From Octopus bimaculoides (lineage: Eukaryota): DNA of 38,086 nucleotides. This document shows, piece after piece, positions 11,491 through 22,339 of the stretch. The translations under genes were made by a program, and so were the position numbers. Where the stretch lies: positions 79,322,813 through 79,360,898 of the forward strand of contig NC_068991.1 in assembly GCF_001194135.2 (NCBI RefSeq). The letters are read 5' to 3'. The notes under the pieces were generated by a model. The model saw only the letters and a program-made list of their open reading frames with translations, ran no database searches and was not told the DNA's origin. Within the stretch, counting starts at the first letter, position 1; each line of letters begins with the position of its first letter.

Positions 11491-12814
11491 GTGTTTGTGT
11501 GTTTGCGGGTGGGGATGAACGTGTGTGTAGACATCTGCATCGGTAGAGTCAGGTGATCACTGGTTGATGAATATAACGTTGACAGAAAAGGGTTAACAGT
11601 CTATTTATATACACGCTGACAATCGATAAATACTGTTTTCCTACATGTAAACTTTTTCAGCCCTAGGTCTGCTATGGCATAATAGACATGATCAACAGAG
11701 GCATCCAACCGTAACCTTCCCGTCTATTTACATATCACAATGTCCGATCTAACACCTGTCTTCTGCTTTTTTTATCACAGTTTTTTTTTTCCGTGATTAA
11801 ATTTGGTTGTTATTTCTAGCAGGTCAAAAGAGCCTCTCTCCTCGTTGATTCGTGTAGAGAACAGTAAACAAATGGTTCAAAAATGAGTATTCAATAGTTC
11901 GATCTCCTGAATTAATGCATAAGTGGCCGAGTATTCCACATACACGTTTTGCCATTCTCCTAATTCTCAGGTGGTATCAACGTGACTCGAGGACAAGACT
12001 ACACCTGTGAATTACTGTGAAATATTCCTTTGTATCAAACCTCTGGCGCTGATATTAGAGAAACAGCATTTCAGCCGCCACCACCAGCACACCACCACGA
12101 CGACCACCACCACCATCATCATCATCATCACGAGATCCTTTGCAGTCCTGGTCTTTTTAATTTCCCTGGCAAGACTTAAGTTGATGATAGTGAGGGGATG
12201 GCATGGATATATTGTCGGGACTGTACTTTGTGTTCTGCTTCTTATTTCATTGACAAATGGGAATGAAAAATTACGAACAATAGAGTTCCAACTACGAACT
12301 TTCCATGTTTGTTTTTCAGACATAATTTACTCTAATTTCTCCTCCCATTTGTAAGAAACTAGAAACAGTTTGAGAGATGTGGTGTCTATTTTTAGCAGGT
12401 CGAGCTACTCCATAGAAATACGTGAGTTGGCCATTATCTCAATGCAGTTAGTATAAAAACAATATCGATTTTGCTATCTTTATTTTTTATTAGTGTCATC
12501 ATAATATTGATTTCTTACATCGGCAAGAAGCCATACAAAGTATTAAGAGCAATGAGAAATGGAATGTTTTAATGCACCCACTGTGTATGACTGGTACTTA
12601 TTGTTCACTGGCAACACGAATCAACAGGCACCAGTAAGATTTGAACTCACAACATTGAAACACTGGAAGGAATATTAACTTGTCTTTAGTCTCCTTTGTC
12701 AACGTCGCGTAATTCGTTTGTTCTCAGTTTTATTGCACTTAGAAAAACAATGAGGTGTTGTACTGAGAGAATTATTAGAGTCCAAAATGCCTTACATTTG
12801 ATTATAACTTTTAA

Positions 12815-12952
12815 TGACACGAGTTCAAATCTCGCTGTGGTTTGCTTTGACTTCCATACATTTTGATACTTAAAGAAAGTAGCGGTCAAGTGCGTGGTAC
12901 AATTTAATCGATTAATCATCCCGAAGTTTTGGCCTTGTGCTTCTTAGAAAAG
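12815..12952 (+). mobile_element. SINE family A, degenerate 3' part
   Basis: gagttcaaatctcgc B-box, ctttgacttccat, aatcgattaatc, tail ttttggccttgtgcttcttagaaaagg. Confidence 0.55.
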
Positions 12953-13207
12953 GTTATGATTCAGATTAAGAGGATGTTGCATGAGCAGTATCTTTAAAGG
13001 GTCTCATAAAATTCCTTGAGTTTTTTATTACAACCTTTGACATTCTAAAATAGCTCAGCGGGTAACAGCAATTTCCCTCTATCAAGGGATTCTGTAAAAG
13101 AGTATTTGTCATGTACTGAAGTCGATTTAGTTGGGTAATTCCTCTCCACTAAATGTTTGGTTTTCTGCCAATCACAGAAGTCATCATAAATAAGTTGATA
13201 AACAAGT

Positions 13208-13418
13208 GCCGAGGAGGCAGGACTGTTCGCTCGTTGGGCGAAGTGTTCAACGGCATTTCTTTCCACTCTTTACATTCAGAATTCAAGCACCACTGATGTA
13301 AACTTATCCTTTCATCCTTATGGTGTCGATAGAATAAAGCACCGGTCAATTACTAGGGGCGGGTGCAATCGAGTGCCCCTCCCCCTAAAATTCCTGGCCT
13401 TGTGCCAACATTTCGAAC
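13208..13418 (+). mobile_element. SINE family A, diverged copy
   Basis: ttgggcgaagtgttcaacggcattt head; cctttcatccttatggtgtcgatagaataaagcacc core; ctggccttgtgccaacatttcgaa tail. Confidence 0.75.
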
Positions 13419-13681
13419 AGTTATTATCACGAGTGATATTGTGTTTCAACAATAAGGGATTTCTGCATGCTAATGGAAAGAGCACGTTGTCATGGCGTTT
13501 AGTCACACCTTTTAACGTTCTGTTCTTAAACCGCGCTAGATTCGAGTCAAGATGTTCATTCCACAACAGATTCTACTAAAAAGGTAACCGTAACATACTT
13601 GAAGAAATAATTCATATACGATCACCACCGAATATGTGTTATTCGATCTCCTGGCAAATTTAGGGAAAATAATTAGATATT

Positions 13682-13845
13682 CGCGTCGCGGTGTTCTAAA
13701 ATTTTAAAAAGTGTTGGTGGCCGGCTATGAGACTCGAACTCACCCCTCCGTGATTACGCGTCGTGGGTTTAAAAAAGTGTTGGCGGCCGGCTGTAATTAC
13801 GGAGGTGTGAGTTCGAGTCTCATAGCCGGCCGCCAACACTTTTTT
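13682..13845. repeat. tRNA-derived direct plus inverted repeat structure (3'-half tRNA, Thr-CGT-like)
   Basis: 13706-13757 is the reverse complement of 13793-13845 with 3 substitutions; 13771-13792 repeats the first 22 nt. The arms carry a T-arm GTGAG TTCGAGT CTCAT, an acceptor strand AGCCGGC and a following T-run. Confidence 0.8.
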
Positions 13846-15224
13846 AATTCGTTTATCTAACCACCGGAGCAATCAATTATAATATTCAAATTTATGTGAT
13901 TGACTTTTTTTTCCTTCTTACTTTGCCACAAGGATTTTCTTATGTAAATTAATTTTTTTTTTTTAAATATTATTTTGATGCCTTACTAAGTGGTTCTGTA
14001 TTTGTATGTGTATCGGTGTACACGATTTATGAGCTGAATCTCCATCTTACCCATGAAACTTTACTAGTGAATCCTCAAAAGGTGATTCACTGGCCAATTG
14101 CCACCGAGAGTAGGGTTCGATGTTGCTTTCGATGAGCCTTTTTTTTTCTTTGTGTTTACGAGTGCAGGTATTGCAGAAGCGTTAAAATCGAATATGAATG
14201 AAAACATATGATCTTCAATCCATTTCAAAATGCATAAAGAAAGTTCAGACATTTTGTGGCAGATTTAACCAATGTTTAATAGACTTAACCTGTCGTCTGG
14301 TCTAAACTACATCACCTGACACCTTGGGCGACTTTAATGGAGGCCACTGTGTTGCAGACAGAGTTTCTGGTTTGAGGATAGTTTTCCCCTTCCCTTACCC
14401 TATTTTAGAGACCCTATAAAGGATCCTGTAATGGGTCCTGAATACAAGACTAATAAAAAAGTAAAGTAATGAACTTTGTGTTTCGAAAACCTGTATAGAA
14501 CTCTATTCGTCAGTAGATTAATCTCAGTGATGGTTTCTGTTAAGCATACAAATTATGTAGGCAAAGTGCCAATGGGAATAAGTGACACTCATGCGTTTTT
14601 TTTCTTCTTTTTTCTCAAGATTTTACTCTGATGTTACACACGTTGCATGACTATAGAAAAAAATAAAACGCACAAATTGTCTTTAATTGAATTTTCGAAA
14701 TCTCATCAGGCAAAAAACAATTTTTTAAAGGAAAAAACCATCATCGTACATTCGTTTAGTCTGGCTTTTGTAAATTGAAGTATTAATTTAATTGTTCAGA
14801 CATATTGACTTCTTTTCCTTCCCAATTTCTGACTTCCAGACAATATAAAGTACATTTACTTTTGGGGAAAGATATGTAAATTGTACATTCGTGACTGAAT
14901 AAGAATCAAGTGGAAATAAGCAAAGTTCATCTTCCCTGAACTACAGTTTATTATATAATGATATTATAGAATATACACATTCGACTATATCCCTGGTATT
15001 CACATTATTAACCACCGAAAACTTAATCCATATTTTCCTCGAGCTGTAAGCAATATAAAGTTATTTGAAATGTTAAACAAGTGAATTCTACAAGTTGTTG
15101 ACGTGAAAAGTAATAAGGAAAAAATTTCTCGAAAGCTTCTTCATATCATAATATGTCTGCATATGTCTGCATATGTATGAGTGTGGTTTTAGCATGTGTG
15201 TTTCCGTCTTTGGAATATGGTTAT

Positions 15225-15540
15225 GGATTTAGTTGAACTAATTGACCCCACTAGTTCTTTTTAAGTGTGGCACTTGTTCTATTGGTTTCTTCTTTTACAC
15301 AATCGTTAGGTTTAGTGGACAAAACAAATCAGCACCGGGCGTCAAACGGTGGTGGACGACAAACACACAAAAAAAACATGTACATAGATAGATATACATA
15401 TGTATATACAACACCTTTTTTTTCCGACCCACTCACAACACTGTGGTCAGCTCGGGTCTATACTAGCACAACAAAATGCAGTGCAGTGGGACTGAACCCG
15501 AGACTACATGACTGGAAGCATATATCTTATCACACAGTTA

Positions 15541-15542
<2 letters not shown>
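15225..15542 (-). mobile_element. SINE family B, old copy
   Basis: gcagtgggactgaacccgagac (B-box on minus strand), internal TA/CA tract, aattgaccccactagttctttttaag core. Confidence 0.7.
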
Positions 15543-15585
<43 letters not shown>

Positions 15586-15590
<5 letters not shown>

Positions 15591-15883
15591 ATTCTTTTAT
15601 CTGTTTCAGTCATTTGACTTCGGCCATGCTGGATCACCGCCTTTAGTCAAGCAAATCGACCGCACGACTTATTCTTTGTAAGTCTAGTACTTATTCTATC
15701 GGTCTCTCTTGCCGAACCGCTAAGTGACGGAGACGTAAACATACCAGCATCGGTTGTCAAGGCTTTGGTCGGCCCGAGGCTATAGTGGAAGACACTTCCC
15801 CAAGGTGCCACGCAGTGGGACTGAACCCGGAACCATGTTGTTGGTGAGCAAGCTACTTTACCACACAACCACTCCTGCGCCTA
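15586..15883 (-). mobile_element. SINE family B, young-looking copy lacking the internal microsatellite segment
   Basis: Minus strand reads aggcgcaggagtggttgtgtggt (A-box), ggttccgggttcagtcccactgcgtggcacc (B-box), and ends gcatggccgaagtcaaatgactgaaacag. Confidence 0.9.
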
Positions 15884-16188
15884 TATCTATATCTATATCT
15901 ATATCTATATCCAGTGTGTATAAGAATAATCATCGTTTTAAGAGCAGCTTTCTCTTGGAAGTATCCATAGCTTTCACTGCCAGTTAAGTTAACGAGCAGT
16001 TTCTCAATTACAGAACTGAATATTAGCTATTTACAAATGGTTGTACAGAGGTATATTAGAGTTAAATTTATCCATTTTTCTGTCTTTTCCATAGACAAAT
16101 TGAGGTAATGATGACCACAGAGCAGATGTCGATCGTGTGGTTGATAAACGGGTACTGTTACCTTATTGACTTCGTTAATATCGATTTC

Positions 16189-16195
16189 ATGATGG

Positions 16196-16251
<56 letters not shown>
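16189..16251. repeat. (GAT)n microsatellite
   Basis: Direct reading. Confidence 0.95.
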
Positions 16252-16640
16252 TATTGATGAATTATTTCTCATATATCCACAGAAGTATATAACACAACGA
16301 TCTATTGTAATGAAACCTTGTCCGATCCGGATCCCTTTCACTTCGACTTTCTTGACATCACAAATGTACAGAGTTGAATAGAATATTGATTTCTAATTTG
16401 GCACAAGGCCGTAGAAATAATAGATTCTGGCTGATGAATCTAATGAATATGATGAATATAAATATGATACTATTGATGATGATGTCTACAACGACTATCA
16501 ACTTCTGGACGACGATGATGACGATAACGATAACTATGATGATGACGTTTAAGATGATGTGGATGAGGATGCAAATGATGACGAAAACTGAGGATGAAAT
16601 TAGTCGATGAAATATAATGTTCATGATGTCCAGTCTTCTT

Positions 16641-16647
16641 ATTGTTG

Positions 16648-16721
<74 letters not shown>

Positions 16722-16742
16722 ATCATCATTATTATTATTATT
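16641..16742. repeat. (TGT)-(TAT)n-(CAT) compound microsatellite
   Basis: Direct reading. Confidence 0.95.
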
Positions 16743-16744
16743 CA

Positions 16745-16927
16745 GTAGGTGAGCAAGCACAGCCGGATAATCCGTCTTTATGTTCTGAGACCAAGTGCTA
16801 CTGAGGTCGACTGCGCCTTTTTGCCTTTCATGGTCGACAAAAGATGTACGAGTTGATCACAGGAGTTGGTGTAACCGACTTGTTCTTTCTCACCAAATTT
16901 GCTGACCTTGTGCCAAGATGTGAAACC
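16745..16927 (+). mobile_element. SINE family A, diverged copy
   Basis: gttctgagaccaag, gaggtcgactgcgcc, tgtaaccgactt, tttgctgaccttgtgccaagatgtgaaacc. Confidence 0.75.
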
Positions 16928-17394
16928 ATTCTTATTAATATCATCCACATCATAGGGATTACAGTGGTGGTGAAGACTATAATCATCCAGATACATAATC
17001 GTCCATCCATCCATAATATCGATCCGCATCTGTAAGCTTGAAGACACGAGTTGTGTTCTCTGTTTTATTCTGTTGCAAGTGAGTGCGTATATTCATATAA
17101 AAGAAAAATATACATATGTTAAATGCTTTATGAATAGCCTCATTCATTGTTCAGAAGAATCACGCTTTAATTATGTCTTGCTGTGTTGATGCAGAAACTG
17201 CTACATACGACAGGGAAATCTGCATTTCTTTAGCATCTCAGCACAAGATAAAATAAGGTCCTTCACAGGGAGATAAGTTGCTGGTATCTGTTGGTGGGAG
17301 ATGGGTTGCATATAACTAAGGCGACTGAATAGTTTGCCATTTGCTATATCGACGGGAACATTTGCAACGTAAATCGATAATTATATTGCTAATA

Positions 17395-17437
<43 letters not shown>

Positions 17438-17441
17438 ACAT

Positions 17442-17473
<32 letters not shown>

Positions 17474-17479
17474 CAACAT

Positions 17480-17509
<30 letters not shown>

Positions 17510-17514
<5 letters not shown>

Positions 17515-18500
17515 GGAGAATTCACAAAAAAAAACAAAAGACGAAGACAGGTGTTGTAGACAACAAACAGATGTATTAGTTTAACGCTCGGGAAGTGAAA
17601 CAGTTTTTAACGTTTCGAGCCTACGCTCCTCCACAGAAAGGAACACAGAAAGAAACAGAGAAAGTAAATAAAGAACGTGTAGAGGCTAGCGATCTAGCAT
17701 GGCGAATGCCAGACAGAAGGGTAGCACAGGAGAGCTAGGAAGAAGAGGAGATAATAAAGTATTGGTGATTCCAAAACGAAGGTGCGCGTGCGTGTGTATA
17801 AGAGAGCATGTATGTGCATGTGGAAGAGGGCTGGTGACTTTGACGTGTGCGTGTGTGTATGTGTTGGTGTGTGGATGCTGGGAAGTGGCCAGTGCTAGTG
17901 TGTACGTGGTGGTGTGATGTCATGTGGTATTGTGTGGTATGTGGTGTATTGGGGTTGGAATGTGGGGAGAGGCGAGAGTGGGGAAATCAAGGGTGGTGGT
18001 GTGGGTTAGGCTGAGGGTGGGGTGTAGAGGTGGGATATGTGGGAGTGGATGTAAGGGATGGGGTGGGATGGGATGGATAGGGAAGGTGGGGTTGAATAGT
18101 GCAGGGGTGGGGTGACGATTAAGGACGGGAGGAAGAGAGAAGGTGGGTAGGAGTGAAGAGAATAGAAAAGGAGGGTAGGAGTGAAGAGAAGAAGTAGGAG
18201 TCGGAGCAAGAGCGGGGAGGTGGGTGGGAGGAAGTAGGTGTGAGAGGAAGAGAGGAGAGGGGAGGAGGGTTAGATGAAGAGTGGAGGAGAGTTGAGCCCA
18301 TGTGGCGCAAAGAAGCAAAGAGAGAAGATTAATCCCAGTTCACGGCGAAGACGGGAGTCAGTATGGCCCCTTTGCAAGGACAATCCGAAAACAGACAGGT
18401 GTTGCAAAGAGTGACCGGTAGAGCGGAATTGGCGCGAGATCGGGGTATCATTGTTGAGTCTAATGTCTCGGAGGTGTTCCGCGAACCGGTTAGACAAGTG
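17510..18500 (-). mobile_element. Penelope-like retroelement 3' fragment (endonuclease C-terminus, C/T-rich spacer, terminal repeat)
   Basis: Contains the ORF at 18270-18497 and a terminal repeat (17510-17705) that recurs at 727-920 and 37046-37240. Ends in (TA)n. Confidence 0.85.
18270..18497 (-). pseudogene. C-terminal part of a Penelope-type GIY-YIG endonuclease, 5'-truncated
   Basis: RFAEHLRDIRLNNDTPISRQF..TGHS....V.GL......RLRRE..LIF.L...APHGLN matches the PLE endonuclease pattern RF.EH...I....P...HF...HS...E..LI..L....P.GLN. The GIY-YIG motif itself is not in the window. Confidence 0.85.
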
Positions 18501-18679
18501 GGAAATCTTTGGATAAATTCCACTTTTTCAAACCACCATCACAAAAAAGTAAAACGAAAAAAACTTGGAGTGCAGTGGTTCTTCAGTTTTGTGGGGACCT
18601 CGACAAAATACATGAAATAAAATATAAAAGACGTGTTTCTTCTTTTCATTCACTCTTTCCCGTTTCTTATAAATCGTTT

Positions 18680-19146
18680 ATCTTTTGCATGTTTCAGTTA
18701 TTGGACTGCGGTCATGCTGTGGGTACCGACCTGAAGAGTTTGGTATCTATTATGTCGAGCACTTTTGTGGAATCGCTAGTTTAAGGAGGATGTAAACAAA
18801 CCAATACTGGCTGTCAAGCAGTCTAGGGGTACAAACTCTACTCACAAAGACATGCATGCATACACACAGGCACACACACATACACACGTATATACACAGA
18901 CACAGACACACGTACATACATACATACATACATATATATATATATAGTTGAAAACAGATTAGAGATCTATACAAATCAAATTTTTAAATATAAATCCATC
19001 TTTTATAAATATATATATATGTATATATATATTCGGCAGGTGTCTTTCAGTTTAGTTTTTCAAGATGGTTTGGTTTGCCCAGGGCTATAGCAGAGCACAC
19101 TCACCCAAGGAGCCATGCATTGAGACCGAACCCAGAACTATACCAC
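18680..19146 (-). mobile_element. SINE family B, diverged copy with expanded internal CA/TA tract
   Basis: tgtttcagttattggactgcggtcatgctg (3' end) and gggctatagcagagcacactcacccaagg ... gaccgaacccagaac (head). Confidence 0.75.
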
Positions 19147-19696
19147 AATGATGATGATGATGATGATAGTTTTTACACAACTACGCCTACACATACACAC
19201 ACATGCAAACACACATGCACACAGACATACACGTGCACGCACACATATATATATATATGCACACACTCACACACACACACTCACGCATGTATATACATAT
19301 GTATGCGCGCGTGCGTGTGTGCGTGGAAGTCTTCTTCCCTCATATTCCTTCGATTTCCCAATTTTGAATCTATTAAAAAGTAACCTTTCTTCTTCACCTC
19401 GCTTTTATAATTTTGTTTCTCTGAGTCTTGTCATCGTTCACTGATTCAATCTTCTATTTATTCATTCGTTTTCTTCTGTCTCTTATTCTACATCTCCCGA
19501 ACAGCAAAATTAGACACACAGATAAGGGATAAAAGTGAGTCAAAGGATACTCGAGCAGAGTTTGGGTTGGACTTAAAAAACAAAACAAAACAAAAAAAAG
19601 CATTTTCCTTTTCTCTCAGACTTCCTTTCCTTTGGTCTTCTGTCTTTCTACCTTTGCTTTACAACATGCTCTTCATTGCGATGCGATATAAAAGAC

Positions 19697-19751
19697 TGGG
19701 AGTGGAATTGGTAGACGGAAAATGAAAGAAGCTCGTCGTGTATATATATAC

Positions 19752-19803
<52 letters not shown>

Positions 19804-20022
19804 NNNNNNNNNNNNNNNNNNNNNNNNNNNNNNNNNNNNNNNNNNNNNNNNNNNNNNNNNNNNNNGCTCGTGTGTTTACGTCCCCGTTATCTAGCGGTTC
19901 GGCAAAATGGATTGATAGACTAAGTACTAGGCTTGCAAAGAATAAGTGCTGGGGTCGATTTGTTCGACAAAAGGCGGTGCTCCAGCATGGCCGCAGTCAA
20001 ATGACTGAAACAAAAAATAAAA
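19697..20022 (+). mobile_element. SINE family B, 5'-truncated, with internal (TG)n and a gap
   Basis: ttggtagacggaaaatgaaagaagctcgtcg, then TA/TG tract, then gtttacgtccccg ... ggggtcgatttgttcgac ... gcatggccgcagtcaaatgactgaaac. Confidence 0.9.
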
Positions 20023-20058
20023 TATATATATACCTAGATAGATAGATATATATGTACG

Positions 20059-20107
<49 letters not shown>

Positions 20108-20216
20108 NNNNNNNNNNNNNNNNNNNNNNNNNNNNNNNNNNNNNNNNNNNNNNNNNNNNNNNNNNNNNNNNNNNNNNNNNNNNNNNNNNNNNNNNNNNNN
20201 NNNNNNNNNNNNNNNN

Positions 20217-20247
<31 letters not shown>

Positions 20248-20279
20248 CAGCAACAGGAGAGAAGTGTTGAGGCAGTGAC

Positions 20280-21500
20280 AGTAGTAGTTGTAGTCAATAG
20301 ACGAGAATTTAAGATGGTGGCAGGAGTTTATTGAGAAGCGAAGGTGGCGGGCGAACGGACGAGCGGGAGGCGGAGAGGATTGTACGTTGTCTATATTCTT
20401 CTTTCACATCGATTGCTGAGAAGGAGGCGGAATAAGTAGGAGGAAGTTGAGTGTTTAGGGAAGAGAAGGCATAGAGAAAGACGAGGGTAGCAGGAGAAGG
20501 ATGTTACGGGAGTGAAAAAGAAAACAGGAAAAGAAAGAGGTGGTGGAGGAGGGGACACACACAGTGAATTACGATGGAGGACTGCAGTAGCGGGAGCGGT
20601 AGGAGGTGAGAAGAAAGTGTAGACTGTGTGTGAGAGGAAGAGAATGAGAGCGAGAGAAAAGGAGAGAGAGAGAGAGAGATTGAGAGGCAGGGTGAGAGAG
20701 AGAGAGAGAGTCTAAAGGTGGCGGTTGTTAATACTAATATTTCTACTTGTCGCATAAAGAAGGGCGGTTAGTAGCAAGAACGGATGGTGATGGCATTGGC
20801 GTTAGTAGATGCAGTGGTAGTTGTGGTAGTTGTGGTATTGTAGTGCTGGTGGAATTGGTATTAGCAGACGTGTATTGGCGGGAGTATTCGTAATTGCGAG
20901 GGTATAGTAATAGTAGTGGTGGTCACCTTGGCTGCATTGGTGGCGGGGATGGCCGAGAGATGGCACTGGTGGTGGTGGTGGTGGTCGTCGTGGTGTTTGC
21001 GATTTATTGCTGGGTGTAGTGTTGATGATGATGATGCTATTTTCATCCGTGGTAGTGGTGGTGGAGGTATTGGCTGTGCTGATGACGATGATGATGATGA
21101 TGATGACGGTGGTGTTTATATCTGTGATTGCAGACTGCTGATATTGCTGTTGGTAGCGATGGCGATGGTGATGATATTGATAATGCTCGTGATGGTGATG
21201 GTGGTAGTATACTGTGTTGTTTCTATAGTGGTGATAGAAGCAGCAACAACATAAAGGGCGGCGAAAGCGGCGGTGAGCAAAGCTGCATTGGTAGAGGGCA
21301 ATGATGATGATGATGATGATGATGATGGTACAGGTGATAGCAATGGTCATTATTGGTAGGAATATTGGTTGTAGTATTGGTGAATGTACATGTGATGTAA
21401 AACGTGGGGACCGTGGCTACACTTGTAGTGATGGGGATAATAGAACTGGGCAGAGCAAAAGTGGCTGAATTAATGACGGGTGGGGGGTGGGGGAGCTATT
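20280..21500. repeat. Purine-rich (GA) followed by GGT/GAT triplet low-complexity region
   Basis: Strong strand asymmetry and imperfect triplet runs. Confidence 0.85.
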
Positions 21501-22122
21501 ATCAATGTAATTAATAGCAAGAAAGATACGACTTGCAAACAAACTATTTCTATGAGGTTGTACACTACTCATCTACTGATGATCGTGTGGGCGGATACAT
21601 AAAAATAAAAGACAAACACACGTATACACATACAAATATAAACACACACACACGTGAAATACACATCACTGTAGGCATATTTCTATGTGTATATTATATT
21701 AATATACTAATTAGCAAATTAATACATTAATTTATTCATAGTGCACTACAGAGCGTTTCTTTTTTAGATTATTCAAAATTTAAAGTATGCCACTTTCATA
21801 GACATGTTTTCAGCCTATTTTCTTAGAAATAAGAAAGAACTGGCAAATAGCAAATTTTCTCTGACCATAGGCGGAAAGGTGTGATCAATCGTTCTTTCCT
21901 AACTGCGGGATCGCTCTTTCCAACAAGCGGGAAAGAGAGATAGGCTTTCGTCTGTTCATAGAAACATTACCACATTATAGTGACGTATACTGTATGAAAA
22001 CTTGGACTCAGCTGAACTGGTGGGTCTAATTTGCATAACAATGCATCCGCTGAACAAGTGGATTAATTTATTTGTAGTACGCTACATACAGCTTTTACCT
22101 CTGTGATTTTAATAAGGATAAT

Positions 22123-22339
22123 ATCCTTTTCAACTCTAGGCACAAGGCCCGAAATTCTTGGTGGGAGGGGGCCGGTCGATTAGATCGACTCCAGTACGCA
22201 ACAGGTACTTAATTTATCGACCCCGAAAGGATGAAAGGCAAAGTCGACCTTGGTGGAATTTGAACTCAGAACGTAACGGCAGACGAACTACTGCCAAGCA
22301 TTTCGCCCGGCGTGCTGACGTTTCTGCCTGCTCGCCGCC
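22123..22339 (-). mobile_element. SINE family A, near-intact copy
   Basis: Reverse complement aligns end to end with 28134-28339 (ggcggcgagcaggcagaaacgtcagcacgccgggcgaaatgc ... gttctgagttcaaattcc ... ggccttgtgcctagagttgaaaag). Confidence 0.92.

Noticed and set aside
11640-12040. Possible additional degenerate interspersed repeats (tgcataagtggccgagtattccac; ttctagcaggtc)
   Set aside because: They look familiar from memory, but there is no convincing second copy in the window apart from a short match at about 12390.
13706-13770. Functional tRNA-Thr gene
   Set aside because: Only the 3' half is contiguous, the anticodon stem is mispaired and there is no D-arm in register.
14681-14712. Minus-strand CTGATGA GATTTC GAAA ATTCAATT A
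   Set aside because: Stem II would be 2 bp with a 2-nt loop and stem I does not pair; probably chance.
20305-20385. YY1-like AAGATGGTGGC and a CpG patch as a promoter
   Set aside because: Imperfect motif inside low-complexity purine-rich DNA, and the ATG closes after six codons.
22029-22036. Octamer ATTTGCAT suggesting an snRNA promoter
   Set aside because: No PSE, Sm site or snRNA-like sequence nearby; one octamer is expected by chance in 38 kb of AT-rich DNA.
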